In this document: piece after piece, positions 36,939 to 48,000 of the stretch
Numbering within the stretch: position 1 is the first letter of the stretch
How the letters are laid out: each line of letters starts with the position of its first letter
IMG/VR virus record: IMGVR_UViG_3300008119_000003
Location: 56,321 to 120,320 of that record
Length of the DNA stretch: 64,000 nt
Source of the DNA: a virus
Strand: one strand, 5' to 3'
Program-made: the position numbers and the translations under genes
The notes under the pieces: generated by a model
The model's database searches: none
Told to the model about the DNA's origin: nothing
The model's input: only the letters and a program-made list of their open reading frames with translations

Positions 36939-37496
36939 ATGGCTTGCACAACTTGCGGTTCTAATACCGTATCATCAAATAAAACATGCGGTTGTAAGGA
37001 TTTACCCCTTACAACTGCTGCTACTTTTACATGTCCTCCTGATATAACTTGCCCAGATCCAACTCCATGCTATGAGACTATTCAAGATACCTGTGTAAAA
37101 CACAGCTCTCTATATTCTATATATCAGTTTGGTAATACGATAAATGATAATGGTTATTATCCAGCATTACCTGCAGGAGCATCTTTAGAGAATGCTTATC
37201 AGGCTATGTCTGTACAAAGTTGGGATATAGATTGTCTTCCTCCAATTAATGTTCACCCTAGTTATGTAGGCACAACTACTATTATTCTTAACTGGGAACT
37301 TACTGGAGCTGATTATTATAATGTAAGTTATGGTACAATACCGGGTATATGGACAACAACTTCTAACTTAACAACTAATAGTTATACCCTTACCTTACTT
37401 AATCCAAATACCAGTTATTATTTTATGGTAACAACCAACTGTGTTGACGATGACGCCAATTCTGATAGCGCTATTATAATCATTAAAACATTATAG
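36939..37496 (+). CDS. Cys-rich protein with an FN3 domain
   Basis: TIILNW...YNVSY...YTLTLLNPNTSYYFMV FN3 signature. Confidence 0.75.
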   Translation: MACTTCGSNTVSSNKTCGCKDLPLTTAATFTCPPDITCPDPTPCYETIQDTCVKHSSLYSIYQFGNTINDNGYYPALPAGASLENAYQAMSVQSWDIDCLPPINVHPSYVGTTTIILNWELTGADYYNVSYGTIPGIWTTTSNLTTNSYTLTLLNPNTSYYFMVTTNCVDDDANSDSAIIIIKTL

Positions 37497-37529
37497 TCCA
37501 CGTTTGTTGGTTTAGCGTGACTAAACAAG

Positions 37530-37562
37530 AGAGACCCTCAGGCAAAGGCTTGGGGGTTTTTC
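37530..37562 (+). terminator. intrinsic terminator
   Basis: AGACCCUCAGGC-AAAG-GCUUGGGGGUUU followed by U residues. Confidence 0.7.
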
Positions 37563-37636
37563 ACTATATTTGTTTAGTATTCAATGATGTATTACTTTTA
37601 AAGCTAGAATAAATTTCGTAAATTGTACTAAGGCGT

Positions 37637-38224
37637 ATGCAGAATTTTAAAAAACCAGACCTCAATGCCCCGCGATATAGAGCCCCAAAAGTTAAGTTAA
37701 TTACTAAACAGTATCTTAAAGACTTTAAAGCTAAGTATCCAGAACATAAAGACGTTGACTACGCGTTAACTAAAAAAATAGTAAAGGCTTTTAACGAAAA
37801 GCTTTGGAGAGAAACTATTGAAAATAGAGATGGTATAGAGTTACCTGAGAACCTAGGTTATTTATTTATAGGGGCTTGCCAGCAACCTACTAAGGAAAAC
37901 ATAGATTATGGTAAGTCAATTAAATACGGTGTTAGAGTTACTCATAAGAACTGGGATACAGATGGTTACATTAGTAAGATATTCTATAGTAACTATCAGT
38001 CTCGATATAAATTACGGGACAGGGTTCTATGGGGATTTACCGCAAACCGATATTTTAAACGAGCTGTTACTAAAGAGTTTCGAGATAACTGGAAGAAGTT
38101 TATAGTAATAGATAAGATGTTTACAGTATCAAAGCTCTTTGATAAAGCAAGTATGAAGAATCGAATAGCTAGACAGACAAAAGAAAAGTTAAAAGAATAT
38201 AACGAATTTGATCTAGAAGATTAA
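37637..38224 (+). CDS. IHF/HU-like protein at the head of the crAss-like tail module
   Basis: KKIVKAFNEKL...DGIELPENLGYLFI; lies before the tail ring genes. Confidence 0.7.
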   Translation: MQNFKKPDLNAPRYRAPKVKLITKQYLKDFKAKYPEHKDVDYALTKKIVKAFNEKLWRETIENRDGIELPENLGYLFIGACQQPTKENIDYGKSIKYGVRVTHKNWDTDGYISKIFYSNYQSRYKLRDRVLWGFTANRYFKRAVTKEFRDNWKKFIVIDKMFTVSKLFDKASMKNRIARQTKEKLKEYNEFDLED

Positions 38225-38226
38225 TT

Positions 38227-38895
38227 ATGAAAACAGTAGGAGAAGCAGTATCTCGCGTTAGAAATATTATTAAGGCCGTAGACATGGATGATTTTATCAC
38301 TGACCGTGTTATCTATAGCCTTATAATGAAATACGCAGGGATGTACATTAAGCGTCAAAGTAATCAGGGAACTGGAACAAAGTTCTCTAGTATGTTTAAA
38401 CGTTTACCATGTATACCACTTATCGATGTTGATAAAGTAGAAGCATGCTGCGAACCTAGATCGGGTTGTACAATTAAACGTACACAAACTAGAATACCGA
38501 ATGTAATGGAAGGACCTCAAGGACCATTATTACGTACTGTAACATCTATGGATGGTTTTACTGAGGCCTATCGGACAACTCCTACTTTATATAATAGTAT
38601 GAGTAAAACATCTGCATTCAAGTATAACAAAAATACTTATTTCTGGCTTATGGATGATTATATATACATTCCTAATGTTGAATGGGAAGGTTTATCCGTA
38701 GAGGGGATTTTTGATGCAGGAGTTATGGGATTTAGTTGTGAAGATCCTTGTATGCAACGTCAACAAGAATTACTAGGAATACCTCCCGAACTTTTTGCAG
38801 AGATAGAACAACAGGTTGTTAACGATTTCCTTAAATCTGCTCAAATACCTCAAGATCAATTTATTTCAGATAAACAATCTATATATAGATCATGA
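38227..38895 (+). CDS. tail ring/tubular protein
   Basis: 222 aa, YFWLMDDYIY; supported by synteny. Confidence 0.6.
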   Translation: MKTVGEAVSRVRNIIKAVDMDDFITDRVIYSLIMKYAGMYIKRQSNQGTGTKFSSMFKRLPCIPLIDVDKVEACCEPRSGCTIKRTQTRIPNVMEGPQGPLLRTVTSMDGFTEAYRTTPTLYNSMSKTSAFKYNKNTYFWLMDDYIYIPNVEWEGLSVEGIFDAGVMGFSCEDPCMQRQQELLGIPPELFAEIEQQVVNDFLKSAQIPQDQFISDKQSIYRS

Positions 38896-39800
38896 ACTAT
38901 AATTACACTCTTAAATATAGAACTTTTGAATCACTACTTGAAGATGTCAAGCTTGATTTAAAAAGTTTAGTTACTGACGGAAGTATAGATCCTTCACAGT
39001 TAATTAAAGTAGCTACACGTATTAATTACGATCTTGGTCTACGTATATACATGACTAAGGAGAGACTACTTATTGTAGAGAAGGGCCGTGTACGTTTACC
39101 GGATGATTTTTATGTAATGAACTTTGCATTAGTATGCGGGGAATATACAGAAGATGTATCAATGCCGCAAGGTACTAATGTCCAACAAGTTACGCCAGAA
39201 TGGAGACCGTGGGTAGAAGCTAACTATTGCTCAGATATATCATTACCGTCTCAACCTGTATGTTTAACTCAGTGCGGAACTGAATATCAGTTAGTACAAA
39301 TTGTCAATAAACAGACTAGAACTTACAAGTTGTTTTCTCCAATTAGATTTAGAAACTCCCAGTTTGTAGATTGTGAATGCCCCAACTTACAGGCTAGCTG
39401 GGCAAGAGACGAAGCTTATATTAAAGATGGTTGGATTTATACCAACTTTAAAGAAGGTAAGTTATATATTAATTATCAAGGAACTCTAGAAGATGCTGAC
39501 GGACATTTAATGGTTCCTGATCATCCTTATCTTAACGAGTATTATGAATACGGATTAAAGAAACGTATTCTAGAAAACTTAGTGATGGATGGTGTAAACG
39601 TAGCAGCACAAATTCAATTAGTTGCGCAAGAATATCGTGCAGCAAGAAATAATGCTCTTACCGTAGTTAATACTCCAAACTTCTCTGAGATGGAGAAAGT
39701 ATGGTCTATGAACCGTAAAGCAATGTATGGTAAGTATTATGACATGTTTAAGTCATACCCTTATCCAATGAGTAACCTAAGAGTAAATAACGCTGTTTAA
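38892..39800 (+). CDS. tail tubular protein (P22 gp4-like)
   Basis: VRLPDDF...YIKDGWIYTNFKEGKLYINY...MVPD. Confidence 0.7.
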   Translation: MNYNYTLKYRTFESLLEDVKLDLKSLVTDGSIDPSQLIKVATRINYDLGLRIYMTKERLLIVEKGRVRLPDDFYVMNFALVCGEYTEDVSMPQGTNVQQVTPEWRPWVEANYCSDISLPSQPVCLTQCGTEYQLVQIVNKQTRTYKLFSPIRFRNSQFVDCECPNLQASWARDEAYIKDGWIYTNFKEGKLYINYQGTLEDADGHLMVPDHPYLNEYYEYGLKKRILENLVMDGVNVAAQIQLVAQEYRAARNNALTVVNTPNFSEMEKVWSMNRKAMYGKYYDMFKSYPYPMSNLRVNNAV

Positions 39801-39802
39801 AC

Positions 39803-42800
39803 ATGGCTAAACAAAGAGGATCACAAGCTGGTGCTGCTAACCCAGCTCAGGCTAATACATCTGATATAACCGTAAACTCTTTTAACAAGGGTATGGTTAA
39901 AGACTATGATGTCACGTATGCTCCTGAAGGTACGTGGAATCATGCACGAAATGCTATTAATAATAGTAAGTCGGGAGATGTAGGTTTGATTGGTAATGAG
40001 CCGGCAAACGAGTTTTGTACGCAAGCCCCCTATACAGTAATTGGATCAATTCCTATTTATCAAGATTACTTTGCAATCTTTTCTACAAATGATACTGACT
40101 CGGAGATTGGGATATTCCATGAACCAAGTTGTACGTATATACCTGTAGTAAACGACCAGTGTCTAGCATTTAATAGAAACAATCTTATTATTGGAGATGC
40201 TAAATATAAATTTGACTGTACTTATGACCTTTATTGGGATGACGGATTAAACGTAAGTCGTAAACTAAATATCGGTCAGGTTGAATTAGACTCCTATCCT
40301 AATATATATAATAATGAACCTTGGCCGGGAGTACCTTATATATGTAATGAAGTACCAGCTGGTTCAAATGCCGACTGTATTATATGTGAGAACGTTATAC
40401 CTCTTGCGTTAAACTGCGAAAAAATACGTTTAAATAAACGTATGCTAATTCCTTGTGTTTCAGTTAGTAAGGGTTTATCTGGCGGTCAACTACGAAATGG
40501 TTCTTATTATGCAGTAATTGCATATTCGGAAAATCAGCAAAGAGTTACGGATTATTTTTCTCCGTCTAATATCCAAGCTTTATTTTCCCCTAATACAGCG
40601 GGGAGTTCATTAAATATAAGTTTTGGTAATTTAGATACAGAGAACTTTACTGAGTTTCAGTTAGTTGTGGTACATACTACAGATCAACAAACCGTAGCAT
40701 CTCAAGTAGGATTCTATAGTACCCAAACGCATTCAATAAGTTTTGATTATGTATCAGCTACATTACCTTCTATTCCATTAGAGTATATTCCGTTACGTAC
40801 GCCCGGCTATGATAAATCTGAAGCTATGTACGATGTTAACGGATATCTTATTCGTGTAGCTCCCACTGAAAAGTTTGATTTTAACTACCAACCCTTTGCA
40901 AACCAGATAGAAGCAGAATGGGTTATGATAGAGCAACCTTGGGACTATTATAGAAAAGGTGGTAGTACTGTAGGATACATGCGAGATGAGGTATATGCAT
41001 TTTGGATAAGATTTGTATATAACGATGGTAAGAAATCTAGCTCATATCATATTCCGGGTAGACAGGCGTTTGACTGGGAGTTAGAAAATTATAGTCCTAG
41101 CGATTTAGATAACATCGAGCGTTCTCAAGACCCTAACTACCAAACTAAAGTATGGGAAGTAATTAACACTGCTTATCCGACTAACTTACAAATACCCTTA
41201 AATAATGCTCCCGTGACTCCTGGTCAAGTAATTGCTTCAGGTAAAATGGGATATTGGGAATCAACTGAGCAGTATCCTAATAGTAATCCCGAAGTATGGG
41301 ACGCCTCATCTAATCCAGGTTTGTTTACTATATCAGGTAATAACACATCGTATGATCTATGTGGTAAACAAATTAGACATCATAAGATGCCATCTGACTT
41401 TTTAAACTCGAATGGTAATCAATTTGGTGATTTATACGTTAACCAAAATACAACGCACATTCGTGTAGATGATTATTTTCTTGCAGCAAACGGAAACCTT
41501 ACTCCATCTAAGCCTAAAGCAATTCGTTTACTAGGAGTTAGATTTGGAAATATAAAAGCACCTAGAGATAATAATGGAAAAATTATTCCAGGTATTGTAG
41601 GATATGAAATACTTCGTGCTTCAAGACAGGGTAACAAAACAGTTGTAGCAAAAGGCGCTATTAATAACATGCGTTCTTATAGAGAAGCTGGTGCGGCCAC
41701 AACAAATTCAGGAGCTCCTTTTGGAATAGCTACTGGAGATAAAATTCTTTATCCTAATTATGTAGGTAACTATTTAGGTTATGATTTTACTCTAACAAAC
41801 CTTAGTGAGCAAGCACCTTTTGTTAATGGTATTAGCCCACAAAATGACCCTGATACCTTTTTTGGATTTAATCCTAATGTACCAGCATATGAATCATCAT
41901 ATCTTACTTTCCATTCTCCAGATACAAATTTAGAATACCCATTCTTGTCGGTAAACGAATTAAAACTATACGGTCAGCTTGGAGATAAGTTTAATATGGA
42001 GGGTAAGTTTGAGGCCGTGCCTGGTCACCCCAAAGAAAAACTAATTACAAATAGAGCATTAGTTATAGCGGCCGTTGCTGGTTTAGGTATTGCGGCAAAG
42101 GCTGTTCGTGGTCAAAGAGTTACTAGTCAAGCTTTACCATTAAACGCTCCTATTGCATCTCCTGCTACAGCAACACAATCAGCAATTGTTGCGGGGGGTT
42201 TAACAGGTTTTGATATAGGTGCTGCATCAGCACTTCATTTATTAACTGCGGCTATAGGTGGTACTAACCCTGCTCTTAATCCCGATGAAAATGCCGCTGT
42301 AGCTGCTTACATATTAGCCCAGTCTTTAACAGCTGGTGTATCATCAGCTGGATTAGCACCGCCTTCTTTAAGTAGATCCCTAACGTACGGAGATTATCAA
42401 TATGTTCCAACTGGAGTATTAGCCGGTAATTCTATTGTAACTTTTGCATACTACTGGTCACAAGGTATAGATAGTATACTTGATTTAATGTATGCTTTAG
42501 CGCCGTATAAGGATTTTGTTCTTCGTTCCGTAAGTCATCTTAATTTACATAAGATGCAACCTGGTAATATTAAAACTGCATTTCAAGGAAGCGGTAATAC
42601 CCGAAGATTAATTAATGATATTAATTACCTAAAAGATCAGTTTCAGTTTATAGGAAACTATAAGGTTAATAACTTATTCCGACCTAAGTGTGTAGCAATA
42701 CATTTAGGTAAAAATCTTAATGGTACAATAGTAGACAATCCTGTCTTTATGCAGGGTGCTTTTACGCCAACTGTATTTGATAACTCAGTTCAAACAGTAG

Positions 42801-45091
42801 GTAGCGTTATTAATAATACCCAATCTGCTAGTTTGATCAATAGAGGTATTAATCAGAATAACTTTACATCAGGTAAATTCTTTGCTAGCACATCCTGTAT
42901 GTACGGAGCCCTTAAAATAAGACTTCGTAACCAATACGGTCAAATAGAATCTGCTAATCAGATTACTACAGGGTGTGTTCAAAGATTTAAAGCTTCTATA
43001 AATCAGGAGCTTACACAGGCTGAAGCAGGTCAAGTAGTAGTTATAAAATCTCCTGCAATATTTGGGGGTGACACATATGTGGGTCGTTATACTGAGAAGA
43101 ATACCTTCTTCTATTTCTACGACTGGTTATATGATGTTCCTGCAGGAACAGAGATTGATTATACTCTAAAGTACATGATAACTTATCCTCGCTTCTGGGC
43201 AGACTTTACTAAGTTCTCTGCAAGCGAGTTTATGCAGAATGTTACAACAGGTATATTAGGTCTTACTTCTAATACCTTGCGACAAGCAATGCCTGCTGGA
43301 AAATATAATCTAGATATGTATGTTGGTCAATCAGATACTGGTGCAGTAGATGATCCTGGACAAGGTACTGGTTTACAAAGAGGAGTTCTTGGAGTACTAG
43401 CAGGAGGTATGTATTTATTCCAATCAGGAGTAAGAGACTTCTTTGTAGAATCTGAATACAATATTGACTTACGAGAAGAAGGAGAATTACCGGAAGAAAA
43501 GTTCTATAACCCCTATGGTTATAAAGACCTTAAAGGATTATTCGATACAAACATAATCAAGTTTGGTAATTACTTTAACTATGACATCTCTCTTGGAGTA
43601 TCTCGTACAATGAACAACTATATAACTTGGGGATCTATGCAGAATAGATCTTACAATCCGTTAGTTGCCGAGACATGTTACCAGTATTATCCTTATCGAG
43701 TAATTTATTCTTTGCCAAACAATTCTGAGGATAAGAAAGATTACTGGCAGATATTCTTAGTAAATAACTACTATGACTTTGACAGTAGGGTAACAGCATT
43801 TAAGTCTATCAATAGAAATGGCGCGATTATTCTTCAAGAGAAAGCTACGCCTCTAATGTTTAATGCTGTAGATAGTCTGCAAACTACAGCAGGTACAAAA
43901 ATTACAATTGGTGACGGAGGACTATTTAGTCAGCCTTTACAAACTTTAAGTAATGCTGACATAGAATTCCAACACGGTTCTTGTCAAGATAGATTATCCG
44001 TAATTAATACACCAGCCGGAGTATATTGGATGAGCGCTTCTCAAGGTAAAATCTTTACTGTAGCAGAAGGAATGCAACCTATCTCAGATATAGGAATGAA
44101 ATGGTGGTTCTCTAAGTACCTACACTATTTCTTGTTAGACCAATTCCCCGACTTCCCAATTGTAGGAAATCCTGTAGTAGGTATCGGTTGCCAAGCTACA
44201 TTTGATAACGAAAACCAAATTATATATTTCTCTAAAACTGACTACAAGGTTAAAGAAGAGTTTGTAAGTATGGTTACTATTCAAAAAGGAGATCAGTTCT
44301 ATTACGGTAATAATCCAATCGAACTAGGAAATCCAATCTACTTTGACAACTTATCTTGGACAATAAGCTTTGACCCTAAAATTAAAGCTTGGTTATCTTT
44401 CCACGACTGGCATCCTGAATTAGGAATCTCTAACATCAAAGGTTTCCTTACTACTAAAACTGATGCTGGAATTGGTAAGATATGGAAACACTATAATAAT
44501 ACATCTAAGTTCTGTAACTATTACGGAATAGACTATCCATTTGAGATAGACTATATCTCAGCTACCGGTCAAACTGTAACAACTACACGAAGTGTAGAGT
44601 ACTTACTAGAATGTTATATATACGATCAGGATGGTATTGACCGCTATGAAGTTCTAGACTTTAACTTTGATAAAGCTATTGTATATAACAATGAGCAAGT
44701 TTCTGGTAACTTGAGATTAAATCTTAGTCCAAAAAACAATGCTCCAGTAATTGTAAACTATCCACAGGTAGACCCAGCAACAGGTATTATAAATATCCTA
44801 TTCTCTAAAGAAGAACAGAAGTATAGATTCAATCAGTTCTGGGATTTTACAAGAGACCGTGGAGAATTTCCAACAGGAGGTGTTTTAGTACAGCAACCTA
44901 TTTGGAATACAGAACTTAACGGTTATATTCGTACATTAAATAGTAACAACATTAACTTGAATAAATCACCTTTTGAAAGAAAGAAGTTTAGACATTACGC
45001 TAATCACGTTGTGTTAATAAGAACTGTATCTGATAATGTAAAGATGCTTCTTAAGGTGACTAATAATAAATTGCTTAACTCTCCTCGCTAA
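39803..45091 (+). CDS. tail stabilisation/nozzle (muzzle) protein, P22 gp10-like
   Basis: 1762 aa; FNKGMVKD...NEPAN, GYMRDEVYAF, FGGDTY, WTISFDP..KAWLSFHDW. Confidence 0.8.
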   Translation: MAKQRGSQAGAANPAQANTSDITVNSFNKGMVKDYDVTYAPEGTWNHARNAINNSKSGDVGLIGNEPANEFCTQAPYTVIGSIPIYQDYFAIFSTNDTDSEIGIFHEPSCTYIPVVNDQCLAFNRNNLIIGDAKYKFDCTYDLYWDDGLNVSRKLNIGQVELDSYPNIYNNEPWPGVPYICNEVPAGSNADCIICENVIPLALNCEKIRLNKRMLIPCVSVSKGLSGGQLRNGSYYAVIAYSENQQRVTDYFSPSNIQALFSPNTAGSSLNISFGNLDTENFTEFQLVVVHTTDQQTVASQVGFYSTQTHSISFDYVSATLPSIPLEYIPLRTPGYDKSEAMYDVNGYLIRVAPTEKFDFNYQPFANQIEAEWVMIEQPWDYYRKGGSTVGYMRDEVYAFWIRFVYNDGKKSSSYHIPGRQAFDWELENYSPSDLDNIERSQDPNYQTKVWEVINTAYPTNLQIPLNNAPVTPGQVIASGKMGYWESTEQYPNSNPEVWDASSNPGLFTISGNNTSYDLCGKQIRHHKMPSDFLNSNGNQFGDLYVNQNTTHIRVDDYFLAANGNLTPSKPKAIRLLGVRFGNIKAPRDNNGKIIPGIVGYEILRASRQGNKTVVAKGAINNMRSYREAGAATTNSGAPFGIATGDKILYPNYVGNYLGYDFTLTNLSEQAPFVNGISPQNDPDTFFGFNPNVPAYESSYLTFHSPDTNLEYPFLSVNELKLYGQLGDKFNMEGKFEAVPGHPKEKLITNRALVIAAVAGLGIAAKAVRGQRVTSQALPLNAPIASPATATQSAIVAGGLTGFDIGAASALHLLTAAIGGTNPALNPDENAAVAAYILAQSLTAGVSSAGLAPPSLSRSLTYGDYQYVPTGVLAGNSIVTFAYYWSQGIDSILDLMYALAPYKDFVLRSVSHLNLHKMQPGNIKTAFQGSGNTRRLINDINYLKDQFQFIGNYKVNNLFRPKCVAIHLGKNLNGTIVDNPVFMQGAFTPTVFDNSVQTVGSVINNTQSASLINRGINQNNFTSGKFFASTSCMYGALKIRLRNQYGQIESANQITTGCVQRFKASINQELTQAEAGQVVVIKSPAIFGGDTYVGRYTEKNTFFYFYDWLYDVPAGTEIDYTLKYMITYPRFWADFTKFSASEFMQNVTTGILGLTSNTLRQAMPAGKYNLDMYVGQSDTGAVDDPGQGTGLQRGVLGVLAGGMYLFQSGVRDFFVESEYNIDLREEGELPEEKFYNPYGYKDLKGLFDTNIIKFGNYFNYDISLGVSRTMNNYITWGSMQNRSYNPLVAETCYQYYPYRVIYSLPNNSEDKKDYWQIFLVNNYYDFDSRVTAFKSINRNGAIILQEKATPLMFNAVDSLQTTAGTKITIGDGGLFSQPLQTLSNADIEFQHGSCQDRLSVINTPAGVYWMSASQGKIFTVAEGMQPISDIGMKWWFSKYLHYFLLDQFPDFPIVGNPVVGIGCQATFDNENQIIYFSKTDYKVKEEFVSMVTIQKGDQFYYGNNPIELGNPIYFDNLSWTISFDPKIKAWLSFHDWHPELGISNIKGFLTTKTDAGIGKIWKHYNNTSKFCNYYGIDYPFEIDYISATGQTVTTTRSVEYLLECYIYDQDGIDRYEVLDFNFDKAIVYNNEQVSGNLRLNLSPKNNAPVIVNYPQVDPATGIINILFSKEEQKYRFNQFWDFTRDRGEFPTGGVLVQQPIWNTELNGYIRTLNSNNINLNKSPFERKKFRHYANHVVLIRTVSDNVKMLLKVTNNKLLNSPR

Positions 45092-48000
45092 TGGCTAAAG
45101 TTTCGACCAAAGGTTACAAAAAAAATTCTAAGGATAAAGCGGAACCATCTCTTAGAATACCTTCATCTATTATCACAATGAAGGAAGATGACGGAACACC
45201 ATTAAAGAAAGGACCAATACTTGGTATTGATAACTTAGGTAACCAGCAGATGATGTTACCGGGTATGGACTACCAATTTCCCGGCAACTATGTAGATGAA
45301 ATACCTATGGCTAAAAGGGGAGGAACTAAAAAGGTCAAGATAGATAGTTTACCTAAGGCACAGAATGGAGAAGAGGTTACCCCTGAATATAGTTTTGTTC
45401 CACCAGACGCCGACAGGTATGGTATGAACAAATTTATACTAAAGGGCGATGATACTCAGTATGTAGATCCGGCATTGTTTCAGCAAGTACAAGATCTACA
45501 GAACAGAATCAACCCGCTTGCCCAAAGTAGTTCATCTTCTAGAAAAGAATATGAGAGAAGAGTTTTGGAAGCAATCAATAGGGTTGAACCACAAAACTAC
45601 GATGTAACAACATCAGGATACATTCCTGAATCAGTAAGACAATCGGAAGACGTTAGAAGGAACGGATTAAATGGATGTATCTCAGGAGTTTGTTACACAC
45701 TAAATGAAGCTGGTGAACCTGTAAGATATTATTCAAACTCGATGTTCCAGGATGCTATAAAGGCTGGTACTGAAAAAGATTGGGAACTTGATTTCGATAC
45801 TAAGAATATTAGCGGAGGAGATATTGTGCAATTTACAGGAGAACGTGAAGGTCCTCATCATGGGGCTCTAGTTGTACCTAATAGTGTTGTTAACAATGAA
45901 GATGGGACAATTACTTTTGAAGCGTTTATGAATTCTGGTACAGGTCCAATGTACAGAAAGACTTATACACTTGATCCTAAAGAAGACCGAGTGGACAATT
46001 TTAGCAATGAAACTATTCAGTTGATTAAACGTAAATCTCCATCTGATTTAGATAACCTTGTTGCACAAAGAGATCAATTAAAAAATCAGATAGAAGCGGC
46101 GGATCCTTCAGCTTTTAAAAAAGGACGTGCTCGTCGCTGGAACACATATATGCCTGGCGCATTTACAGAGGTAGGCGTAGATTACAGCAGATTCGATGGA
46201 CTAGACCCCGAGCGTTTAGTAGCAGGTAGTATGATGCAGAACTTAAAATTAGAAGATGCAGCACGGTTGCTAAGACAAAGTACTATATCTACTCCTAAAC
46301 CAATAGACGGAATAAATATAAAATTTGATTCAAAATATGATATTGACTATGATGCCTTACGTAAAACAGGAGGCTTTGAAAATATTCTGAATCAGATTAA
46401 TGATCCTGAATTCAAGATGAATTTCATGAAAGACATGAACATTACTAATAGAGAGTATAATGCTCTTGTATTAAATAGTTTTGGTCTTTATGGTCAGGAA
46501 AGCGGCTTTGGTACTAAGACTGGGGGGATCGAGGAAACAGATGTTGCTAGAAAGGCGGACTCTGTTGCAGAAGATATATGGTCTCGTGTTACCGGTAAAG
46601 GTGCATTCAGACGAGATGTTGATGAAGACTATAGTAGAGGATTAACTCAAGTTAAATTAAGAAACATTAAAGGTCAGGACAGAAGACAATATGGTATTGA
46701 TAAAGAATCCGTAGAGGATGATCCTACGAAAGCATTTACGGCAGCAATGATTGTTAATGCACAAAACCTACCAGAGCTAAGGAAGCTTGCTGATAAAGGA
46801 GAGACCGATGCGCTAAATATGAGTAACTATTTAGACTTCATTCCTTATATGTATAACCAACCAAACCGATTGAGAAGAGGGGATAGAAAAACTATTGAAC
46901 GAGCTTTGGCAGAAGGAGAAGATCCTGCTCAAGCGTTAGTTATTGATCCTAACTCTCCAATGGCAAATAATGAGTACGTTAAAAATGTACGTACCTATTC
47001 AGACCTACTTAAATTTATGCCGCTTGCTATAGACACGGTTCCTAAAAAATTCGGTGGACCTTTATATAAAGCACAGGATGGATTTAATTTTAGTTTTGAT
47101 CCTAGTAAATCTTTTGCTGAGAACACGGAGCTCAATAAAAGAGCTCAGATCATGGGTTGGAATTCCGTTGCAGAATATGAAAAATCGGGATGGGGGCAAA
47201 ACGAAGTAGCTTTAAAACAAAGAGCTTTAATCAACAATCCGCAGGTTCAGCAAATGGCTAAAACGGCTGCAGAAATGAATCCTGAATTAGCTAATGTACA
47301 AGCTAGACAGGATCAACTCTACGCTAATAAAACTAGTAACACCCAAAAAGCAGTTAACCAAGCTTACTATACATTAAGTAATCCTTTAGATGCTTTAGGT
47401 CAATATTCAAAATATGGGTATATACCTCAAGGTAATGTTGGTAACTATGGTTATAAGGATGATTCTGCTGGACCGGTATCACTTGCAAATACTACATTTA
47501 ATCCTTTTGCATGGGGTAATGCAGCCTACAGATTTGCTAATGAAGTTGGTAATGCTGATTCCTGGACTACAGGAAGAGGTGCTGTAAATATGACAACAGA
47601 TTTTCTAGAGGCTCTTCCATTGTTTTCTGAGGCCAGTAAAGCCGCAGAACCTGCGCTTAAATATATGGGTGAAGGATTGAATACTGCTGCAAAATACCCG
47701 GGACAGTTATATAATAATGTAGCTACGGGTAACAGCTTTATACCATATGCTTGGAAAAGTCCTGCAGTTGGGTTATCACAAGAAAAAAGTGCTGAAATGT
47801 TTAAAGGTCTTTTAAACAGTGGTAAATTAACACCTGCCGAAAATGCTTTAATAATTGAATATCAAAGTAATAGTAGACCGTTTACAGGAAGATCCACAGT
47901 TGGTGCAAATGTTTTAAATACAGAAAAGAGAGCAGCACTGAATGATATAATTAAAAAATATAACTTGGATGTTAATAGCGATGCTATATTAACAAGAAGA

